Assembly: GCA_903813345.2 (NCBI GenBank)
Contig: CAIIXF020000001.1
Coordinates: 5,952,001-6,016,000, forward strand
Origin: Owenia fusiformis
Lineage: Eukaryota
Direction: 5' to 3'
DNA length: 64,000 nucleotides
Part shown: piece by piece, positions 26,482 through 37,100 of the stretch
Numbering within the stretch: the first letter of the stretch is position 1
Layout of the letters: each line of letters begins with the position of its first letter
Position numbers and translations under genes: made by a program
The notes under the pieces: generated by a model
Told to the model about the DNA's origin: nothing
The model's database searches: none
Seen by the model: only the letters and a program-made list of their open reading frames with translations

Positions 26482-27239
26482 TTATCCCGTTCCAGGACTA
26501 TAGTCCTGTACTGAGCGCATACATTTGCCTGTACGATTACAACTTGGGAGAATTATCTACGCCCCTTCCACTTAAGAAACCTACCTCAATGCATTCTAGA
26601 ACTCAAAATGTAACTTCTAATATATTGGAACCGCCGATTGTCTGGGTAAGTTGGCAGAACGAGGTCTTTTTGTTTCTTATGGCTCTTTTGGTCGAAGTTC
26701 GATTAAGATGGCGAGTATAACGGAATTTCCCGAACTTTTCCGTAATAGCACGTACCGTACTTGGTATTTCGTTAAGTCACTTCCGTCTAAAATGGATTTG
26801 TTTCCAGTAAGAGGGAATTTCGAAAATTTCGGACAATATTTTCAATATATACTGCCATGTCGACATCCTATGCTCTTAACTGTATACCGAATGGTTAAAC
26901 AATGTTTCTTACCGGAAACAAATCCATTTAAACACGGAAGTGACGTAACGAAATACCAAGTTCGTGCTATTACGGAAAAGTTCGGGAAATTCCGTTATAA
27001 CCGCCATCTTAATCGAACTTCGACCAAAAGAGCCATAAGAAACAAAAAGACCTCGTTCTGTCAACTAACCCAGACAATCAGCGGTTCCAATATATTAGAA
27101 GTTACATTTTGAGTTCTAGAATGCACTGAGGTAGGTTTCTTAAGTGGAAGGGGCGTAGATAATTCTCACAAGTTGTAATCGTACAGGCAAATGTATGCGC
27201 TCAGTACAGGACTATACATGTAGTCCTGGAACGGGATAA
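26482..27239. mobile_element. Foldback MITE 2 (same TIR family, same 8-bp TSD), arms of about 330 bp
   Basis: GTGTAACA|TTATCCCGTTCCAGGACTA ... TAGTCCTGGAACGGGATAA|GTGTAACA; arms nearly identical. Confidence 0.85.
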
Positions 27240-27441
27240 GTGTAACAGACTACGTGTAAGTGTTGCATGGCATAAGCTTGGAATCAGAATAAAGGCAATA
27301 ATAGATTGAGTTTACTTGTTGAACTAGTCTAAACCAAGTCAATTTTTTGCAAGCGGGTTTTAGAAATATCAGTTTACACGTTCCTGCGCGACAAACACAC
27401 AGACCCAAACACTTGAAACAGGAACAACTTTTTAATATTTA

Positions 27442-27679
27442 CAAGTTGGGGACATAAATAAATGACAGGTGGATTTGCTGAAGTGAGGATTTCCCATGTT
27501 AAAAATAAGAGAATTTACAAGAGGCCATACATCAGTGGATGAGATTATACAAAATGTAAAATATACAAATTTTAAGGGATATATATCTAGACAATATTTG
27601 AAATTATGGGCTTTCAGACCACCATAATTAGGAAATGGTGATCGAAAATCGACCTGTCATTTATTTTTGTCCCCAACTG
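27442..27679. mobile_element. mariner-type MITE
   Basis: TA|CAAGTTGGGGACATAAATAAATGACAGG ... CCTGTCATTTATTTTTGTCCCCAACTG|TA. Confidence 0.7.
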
Positions 27680-27822
27680 TATTGACTCACAAAAAATCAG
27701 AAATTCACAATCAGATAAGATTTCCAAAACACCATCGGTTCATGGCTTATATATAGGTTCACCAGGTACTTCTTAAATACACTCCCTGTTTAACAATAAA
27801 ATCAGAATATTCAAAATCTTAC

Positions 27823-28152
27823 CTGTTTGAAGAAACAAGCCTTACTACTTTCTGCAATGAATTTTACGGTTTTATCAACAACTAGGCCTGAATTTTAAAG
27901 TTCCCGCTTGAACCAATCAAATTGTAGATAACAAAATTATTTTTCAGTTGACATTGGAACACGAAATGTGATTGGCTCAAACTGTTTTAAATCAAAAAGT
28001 ATTGTTTTGATCAAAACTGTAATAAACTTTGTGAATTTTAATAAATCTAAATTGATAATAGTTTTTAATGCGTTTTCTGAAAAAACACATAATTTTTGGC
28101 AACGGAAACAACAATATCTAAAATATATTTTGCATTGAGACTATTTTTCAAA
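27823..28152. promoter_or_regulatory. Bidirectional CDCA3/USP5 promoter with a CDE/CHR-like element, an E2F-like site and CCAAT boxes
   Basis: On the minus strand AGCGG (27908-27904), a 4-nt spacer, then TTTAAA (27899-27894). TTCCCGC at 27901-27907; CCAAT at 27913 and ATTGG at 27953 and 27971. Lies between the two divergent first exons. Confidence 0.6.
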
Positions 28153-31100
28153 ATGGCAGCCTCCTTGGAAAAATATTTGTCCAAAATTAAAGCTCCTTTG
28201 GGCGGTGAAAAAGTCTATAAAGATGAATGTGCATTTTCCTTCGATACGCCGGTAGGTTTATTTGACTTAATTCCATTACAAAGAGTGCATATTTGTCATT
28301 CTGACGTCAAATGGACATTTCATTTCAGAATTATTTGAAATCATTTCAATCATTCTGTGTCTCTGAGGCTGAATCATTGAATAAAATAATCAATCAATAA
28401 ATAGAATATCATACAAAGTCTGAGTGGATCTAGTTCAACAAGTTAAACTCAATCTAGCTTTATTTATTGATCTAAATTTTAATTGGTGTTGGACCGAGTT
28501 TGTCCAGGCAATGTATTCATTAGTCCAACAACATTAGGCTAGACCTACATGTAGCCCGGGCCTCGTTTCTTATCTGACATGTGTTATGGCCCGGCTAGGT
28601 CTAACCTCCATGACCATTTTGCCTTTGATGCGTTAATTGAATCGTTCAGCAGGTTTCGACAAGCGGAACAAATTAAACCCTGAAAACATGGCAATATTAC
28701 ACAAAGAATGTGATTCAAACATGCATACATACCTTATAAACACATAGACCCCGTCCCGTATCCCCCTTAGACCCTATTGATGCATAATTACGAAAATATT
28801 GGAGACAGGTTTGGAATATGACGAAAATGTCGGTCAGTTTCGGTAACATCGAAATTGCAAATCGTTTCAGGAATTAACCGTCATCACGGCACTGCATTAA
28901 CGAACAGTGGGTTTGCAAATAATAACTATTTTGCGTGTATACACGCGCTATATAAATTAATCAAAGATACCTGTTATCCTCAAAATTGATCTTTTTATCC
29001 CGAGTAATCACGATAATAATTATCAATCTATTTGACAACAATTTCGTTTCGCTGGTAGTTTAATTTTACGATCCGGGACACTCAGACGAACAGACACAAT
29101 GACGGACATGCGGAAATGTCACTTTAGAGATTGGTAAGTGTAGCCTCATTTTACTCGTATAAATGAACATTTAACACAAAAATATTGTGTTAAATCGCTT
29201 GATGTTATGTGTTTTTATATTATTGTCAAGTATCAGTTGCACGTTATCGCGGAAAAATGGTTTCGATGGATTCAGAACTTGCATCAAAGGAAAGAATAGT
29301 AAGGAGGTTAAACTCAATAACGGCCCCAAGAAAATTCCTAATAATAAAGAACGCCGTTATTGAGTTTAATGACGTTGAACTATGTATTCATCTGAGATTA
29401 AATCTATAGTCTGTATCTAAGATTTGTCAAGACCAGAGACGCATGACCAAGCATAGAACATTTTTTTAAGTTGAGCTTCTGAAAAACTACGGATCTGTTG
29501 TTCTTGCTTTTTCTTGGAGTTCCTTACCTTAATCTCAGAAATTCTTGCACCACAACGTTGCACCCCTGCTTGGCTTCAAAATGGTACTCCATTTGTTGGG
29601 GTAAATCCAAAGTCAGCACTATCAATGGTATACTCCTAATAATGATATAATCCTAAAAGTTCGAAAGCTTTTTGCCATTTTGTTTCACAACTGCGGTATG
29701 GTATAACTCCACCTTTTTTTTTATTCTACTTTATACCAGCATGTATTTATTAAAAGTTTGTGATTATTATACAATTCTCTCTTTGTATTGCATTCCTTTT
29801 TTTATATTTAAAATTTTTTTTATTTCAGATAATTCAAAAAAGATTACATAAATTTAAAAATTTGTTTACATAAGTTACCTGTTGCATTACATGATAATAT
29901 TTCTCTTGGAGAGCTCTAATTTAAAATTATAGTACAAGACTCCACCATTGTTTTGCCGTTTCACTACTTGCCACAATCAGCCTCACTGCCAGCATATCAA
30001 ACCAGGCCCATTTTCCATCAAACCTGGCCCAACTACTATCAGGTGGATGTCCTTCAAAAATCAAGTTGGCATGGTTACCAAAGCCTAATAGTTGCCATGG
30101 CAACCGTAGAAATGGGGTAAAAAATGGGAGCAAAAAAGCACCCAAACCCACCATTTTTTTTATTAAAAAACTATATTTCAAATCAAAAACATATATACAG
30201 TACAATTAATACATTTACATATAAAGGTTACATGTTGTAAAATGATTTTTCCCTATTATCTATCATTTTCAAAGTTTCCTGCTCATTCAGCAGATCACAT
30301 TTAAACATATGGATAGCTATTTTTATAATCACACTTTTAAAATATTTTTATTGTGCGAAATTTTCAATACCAAGTTTTTGTTTATCACTGAGACAATTAC
30401 AATCACAGGTGTTCCAAATATTTAAAACTTCTTTACACTTCACAAAATACATGAAATAGTGCATATCATCATCAATTTCATTATCACAATATTTACATTT
30501 ATCTGAATCTTGTATTTTACACTGTTTTAGATATTTGCCACTTGGATAAATTTTATGGATAATCCTCCATTGGATAATTTTGAGCTCATTATCTTTTGTA
30601 CAATTAAAAAGTGTGTTCCACACATCCTTACTTATCAATGTATTATCATATTTAATATCACATTTTCTTGCCAAGACTAACTCTGATCGTATATACTTTG
30701 AATCTGATTTACATAATTCTCTATTTACAAATCTCAAGTTGTTATTATTCTCTTCATCTCCATACTTTGTAATTAACTCTTGTTTAACACATGCTTTTAA
30801 AATATTATACTGCAGCATGGTTTGTCAATTGCGCTGTACTTTTTGAACTATGACATTATATGAACATAACATTCCATCTTTAACAATATCATTTATATAA
30901 ATTACATCATTTTCAATCCAATGTTTAAAAAATAATGATCCCAAACCATGGTGGGTCACGTGCATTATCTCATGGAAATGGGCATACCAGTGCAAAGATC
31001 TTTGTTCCGTGATAAAGGAAAGCTATCTAACATTGTCTGAAGAGCATTCTAATTCTACTTTTAACATGGCGACCTGGACAACATATAGCCATTTGGGCGA

Positions 31101-34100
31101 TAATAGGTGATTCTAAGTGAAAATGAGTGCTTTTTTCGTAGCTTTACTTTGACCAAGGCTTGCAAAAAATTGAAGTGATAAACCTTCCCCCAATTTTTGA
31201 TATTTTTGTTGTCTAGAAGTGTTCTAGATGATATCAAAGTTTAAGAAAATTTGTATGTCTCGAAATATTTTGAAAATAAGTGCCATTATGGCGGGTCTGG
31301 GTGTTTTTTGCTCTCATTTTTACCCATTTCCACGGTTGCCATGGTAACTCATACCTGCCAACCTACCGTATTTTTACCGGCATCTACCATAAAATATTCG
31401 TTTTTCGGTAGAAAAACACAAATACCGTAAAAATTACTGTTTTTTCCTGTAAACACGACCGTAAAAAATCTACTGTAATTTTACCAAAATCTACCGTAAA
31501 ATATTTTATTATAATTCGATTTTTTCCATAAGAACAGCCTAAAAATATACCGTAAATATTTGAAAACTACAATATATCTGCTGGAATTTAAAGTATTCTT
31601 GTTCAAACTACAGTAAAATCTACCGTAATTATCATGAAATTCTGAAAAATTGAATTCTTCTCGTATTGCCCTTGTAAAATTCCATTACCAACCCAAAAAT
31701 AAATAGGTGCCGGCAGGTCTTTGATGGTGGTTATTGCGTACTTAGTAAGTAACTAAGTAAGCTGGCGTGTAATCAGTCAACACACTGGGGAATATCACGA
31801 TGCAAAAACAGTGTTCAACTGTGTATCACAGGAAGAGTAATCATGATTAATTTGTAAAATGCTACATTGTAGCAATGGTATGAGTATGATGTCACAATAC
31901 ACTGGGGCCTAACTGGCGTAAAGGGGAGAAAAAGGGCAGATTTTCCACATGGGGACCACATTTGACTCAAAATATTTGCATTTAGCAACATACATTTCAG
32001 TACATTCTGTGTAATACTTGAAAGGCATTGCTATAATGATTTACAAAATGAGATAATCTCGGGGATTTTGCATCTAAATTTTTTGCATGAGATGTCTGAA
32101 GTGCATGACCCAATTTTAGGTCATTTTGGCCAGTTTTTAGAGACTCAGCCCTCACCTATTTCCCCAAATATGACTAGATTTTGTAGAAAATGTGTTAAAA
32201 GTTTGAAAATCCAGCTGTTTTGAGCATGAAATAACTCAATTGTTTGAAAAAATGCTGAATGAGCATAAATTATCATGGTAAAATTTTTCCATTTTTGGAT
32301 ATTAAGGTGTTACTACTGTAAATACCACTTCCGGGTAGGACAGTGTTTTTTAATACTTAAAAACGAAGCCATGCCAACTTCAATGGTGTGCATAGTAGGT
32401 TTAAGGTGCCATGGAAGTTAACAGTTAACGAAACAGGAAGTGAAATTTTTTTTTGCATTTTTAGACATTTTTTGAACAAAGATAACAGAGTTCTGGTTTG
32501 ACCTCCAGTCAATTTAACTATTTCCACATATCATCACACTACTATACCTTGCATTTGGTGTTCATGAGCAACCCATTTGGCTTATTAGTAATGATTATGT
32601 ATTTGTTTTTATTTGTCTGTTCCTTATGAATGGTTTATCGGTTGAAAATTAGATGCTAGTAAGGCACTTTCAAAAATATATTAAACAATTCAATTAGACA
32701 AACAAAGTATCTTATGCATTTCTAGGTGTTAGGTATAGTAGTGTGATCATTTACATTACCAGGATCACAATGTGCATGGTCAGAATGACCCTAAACATGA
32801 TGAAATAACCTTTTTAGCCCTTTGAAAGTGTGACTGAAAAAAAGCTAAAAGTAGGAGCTAGGGAAGGTCACTGAACAGAATCTTTTGAATTTTTCAGAAA
32901 ACGTGCCCAATATAATGCTCTAACTGATACAATCTTTGAAATTTTAGAAAATGTTCTTAAACAAAAATGGCGGTCCTAAAAAGGAAAATAGATTGCTTTT
33001 CAAATCAGTTTTTTTCAATTTTTTTCTTTTTCTATGAATGATATCAAATTTTCAAAGATTGTATCATTAGAGCAATACATTGGACACATTTACTGGAAAA
33101 ATCACAAGATTCTGTTCATTGACCTTTCCTGAGCACCTACTTTTAGCTATTTTTCAGTCACATTTTCATAGGGCGGAAAAGGTTACTTCATCATGTTTAG
33201 GGTCATTCTGACCATGAACATTGTGATCCTGGACCTGTAAATGGTATTTGGAACTAGTTGAATTGACTGGAGGTCAAAACAGAACTCTGTTATCTTTGTT
33301 CAAAAAATGTCTAAAAATACAAAAAAAAATTGTCAATTCCTGTTTTGTCATTTCCTGTTAACTTCCATGGCACTTTAAGTATATGCATTGTGGCCATTTG
33401 AGGTATGTATGTAAAGCTGAGGCCAATTACTTTCTTAATGTGCCATTTTAGAAAGAAATCGCCAAAATATAGTGCCGTAAACTGGAACTACTTTATTCGT
33501 TAATTTTCATCGGTGAAGCAGGGATTTTACCTAAAAATGAGTCCCTATGTTGGCGTAGTGATATTTAAAAATCGAGACGCAAACCCAATGTTAAATGTAT
33601 GGTCAAGATGAAGGTTATGTATAGGGGAACGCAGAAATATAGTTATTGTATGGGCTAATTCGTTCCCAAACTTGAATTTTGTGATTTTTTCAATATTTTT
33701 CAATGATTTACCGTAGTGACACCTAAATGGAAATATAAACACTTCTGGTAAATATTCGGTTCAAGTGCGAATTTGGACAAACTTTTGCAAGTTTGACCAG
33801 GAAATCACCTTTCATTTGGTATGTTAGTAACGTTTTTGATCGTATTGGGTATGTAAGAATCATATACATGTCGAGTTATTAGCATAAATGTCACAGTTTG
33901 AAGGATAAATGGAAATATAACACTTCCGGGAAATATTGTCACAAAAGCCTTTTGGACTTTTAGTCTCTATATACCTTAGAATATACCATTGATAGTGCTG
34001 ACTGTGGGTAAATCATAATATTTCCATCAAATTATTGAATTGATTTCTTGAAGCGATCTTCAAATTTTGCAAATTGTTCACTGAACCATAGGCTTTCAAT

Positions 34101-37100
34101 GTGAGGAACTGCCCGGGTTATTGACTTTTCCGTGCTTTCCAAGCCACACACTATCATCTCGCTGAAAACATTACACAACATATATCCATGTAATGAGATT
34201 TTAAATCATCTAGAATTAGAGATAGTTCATTTTGTGAGAATTGCAATGTAATTGACAATGTTAAACATAATTTTTATGAGTGTACAAAAATAAGGGATAT
34301 ATGGAAATTTTTTGATAATATCATTTTGAACAAATTATAGGAATAAATAAGTATAAGAATTATAAAGAAGTCCATTGTTCTCAAACTGTGACGTCATTAT
34401 ATCCATGGTTATAACAATTGATTTAGGAATTTGTAACTTTTCGAAGTTTCTGTTAATGACCCCCAGGAGGGCAATACAAATTTTCAATATAGACAAAACT
34501 GGAAGTATAGATGCTTATTTTGAAAAAGAAAAACTGTACAGAAATTAAACAATGTAATTAGGCCTATGTATAATGTATAATTGTATATGTTTTATTCTTG
34601 AAATATAGTTTTTACAAAAAAAAAATCATCTCGCGGAAGTCTCATATGCTTTGAGAAGTCCATTTGAAAAAAATATTTTAACAAATCGTGACTTTTCAGT
34701 CCAATTACCGCAATTATATCGTGTTCAACAACTAATATCTAAGTCTAACCATTGGTTGCTAGTTGAAAGCCCTTGGTTTAACAATTAATCATTTAAGATC
34801 ATATTGGGACAAACATATTTCACACAATAACTGGAGATCAAAAGGGAATAAACTCCAAACTAGCGCTGGGTTCTAAATTAAATTTTTTCTCAAGTTCATG
34901 AATTCTAATATGGGACGATCCACACCCTTAATGAGGGGAGCCCGGCCTATGTATTCATGCACCATCAATTTTGGATCGATTTTCAAAACTATAATTTTAT
35001 ACAGTGGATGCAGCACCCACCTGAGATTTTAAAAACAGGCTTGCACCCATCAGAGATTATGCTCCCACTTGCAATTAGAAAAATCATGTAAAATGGGCAT
35101 ATTTTGTCTTGATCAACTTTGGACTAAATTGTGAGAATTTTGCACCCACTTGAGAAAAAATCCTGGAGAGAACACTAGTAGAATGAGGCTTTTCTTTTCA
35201 ATTTCTGAAATGCATTTGTTCATCTGTGGGTCACTAAAACAAAACTTTGCCTCGAATCAAAATTGTTATCTAATGATAATCATTATCGCCATCACTTGGT
35301 TTATTTCTGACACAATTTGCCATTTCAACATTACGGGAACCTGAACCAACTTTTTCCAAAGTTGTCTCTAATATTTTCGAAATTGTACATTATCAAGGAC
35401 ACAGGGGGAGGGGATATGGGATGATGTGTTTTTATTCATAAGGTATGTATGCTTACTTTGATCACATTATTTAAGGAGTAACATCACAAAATCATGAATT
35501 AATTATAAGCGCTGGCCGAAGATGAGCTACCATTCAATTTTCCACATACTTGGCGGAATATACATGGACATCAAACCTAGTCGGGGCCACATATGTCTGA
35601 TAAGAAATAAGGCCCAGACTAGGTTTAAATTGTTGAACTAAGTCTGAATCAGTTAAACTGCTTCATAATAACCAGGTTATTGATGTATATGTATAAGTGT
35701 ATTTTTGGGCTCACACAGTGAGCCTATTGGATCGACTAGTTCGAGTTTACACACCCCGTGGATTGCAACCCAGAGATTCTACTTGCATTTAAACTTGCCA
35801 AATTATAAGGACTTAAATCATTTGCAGGGATGTGAAACAGGTCTGTATGTGTGTATGAGTACATTCATTGGTGTGGGGAAGAAACATGTTGAACGCTTTT
35901 CAAGACAAACAGGCAACAATGTCTTCTTGCATATGAGACGGATCAAGAAAGAAGTAAGTAAAACTCAGTAACTGCTACCTGTATTTTAATTTACATATTG
36001 TAATTTCACCACCAATAGTGTTTACATATTGTTATGGTCTCCATTTTTGTGACGGCGGTTCGGGTTGGCGGGTGGTGGTTCAGGTGGTTAACATCTGGTG
36101 TTTGTAACAAATTCTTAAAACTTCAAATAACTTAACAAATACGGTTTAGACTGACTTCAATTTTTTTCAAAATCATCTAAAAGTTCTTAGAAGTTCAAAT
36201 CTGACTTTAGATTCCACCTTTAATCAAATGACTTTCTCAAGGTCAAAAAAGTATTTTTCAACTTGCTTTAAATTAACCTTTTTTCAAAATCATCTACAAG
36301 TTCTCGAAAGTTCAAATCTGACCTTAGATTTGAGATTTGACCTTCAATGACCCTCTCAAGGTATAAAAAAGTCAAAAGGTCTTTTTCAACTTGCTTCAAA
36401 TTGATCAAACCTTTTTTCAAAATCACCTACAAGTTCTCAGAATTTCAAATCTGACTTAAGATTTGAGATTTGACCTTCAATGATCTTCGCAAGGTCGAAA
36501 AAGGTCAAAAAGGTATTTTTTCAACTTGCTTCAAACTGACAATTTTTTTCTAATCCTTTTCTTGAAAGGACACATGTGTTCTGACTATGTATCAAAGTTT
36601 CAAAATTATCCAAAGAGAGATTCAGTCAGAATGACTAAACTCAGATCTTGGAAATGGAAAATGAAAATTATGTTGAATCATTTGAAATAACATTTCCTTT
36701 CCAGAAATACAGAATTTCCTTTCCAGTGGTGGCATATTTGCATGATTTTGCTCAACGTGCCTAATATTTGTTTTGATAAATCAAATTGAAGCCATTGTCC
36801 CATCCTATACACTGTAACTAATATTTGTGTTTGGTTTTAGATTCCAAAACAGGAAGATGACCCACCAGCCAAGAAACCTACCAAGCTAGCAATTGGTAAG
36901 TTAAGAGAAGAATCTGAGACAGCAAGCTGATTATCCAAAAGGTCTCTAGAAACAACGAGCTTTTAGACAGGCATTAAGCCATGCTTTTAAGATATCTCTA
37001 AGGTGGGGATATCATGCACTTTGTGTTCTCTTTTGAGATATTACATTTGAGAATGTAATGTTATAAACAACTGCTTGCTCCTGCACATGTATCTCCAATT

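Larger units (their letters stand above)
29608..34006. mobile_element. 4.4-kb non-autonomous DNA transposon (hAT- or P-like, 8-bp TSD) filled with nested insertions
   Basis: GGTAAATC|CAAAGTCAGCACTATCAATGGTATA ... TATACCATTGATAGTGCTGACTGTG|GGTAAATC: 25-bp TIR with one mismatch and an exact 8-bp TSD. Confidence 0.75.

Noticed and set aside
26651-27112. 153-aa ORF
   Set aside because: Lies entirely within the palindromic arms of a foldback MITE; no domain recognised.
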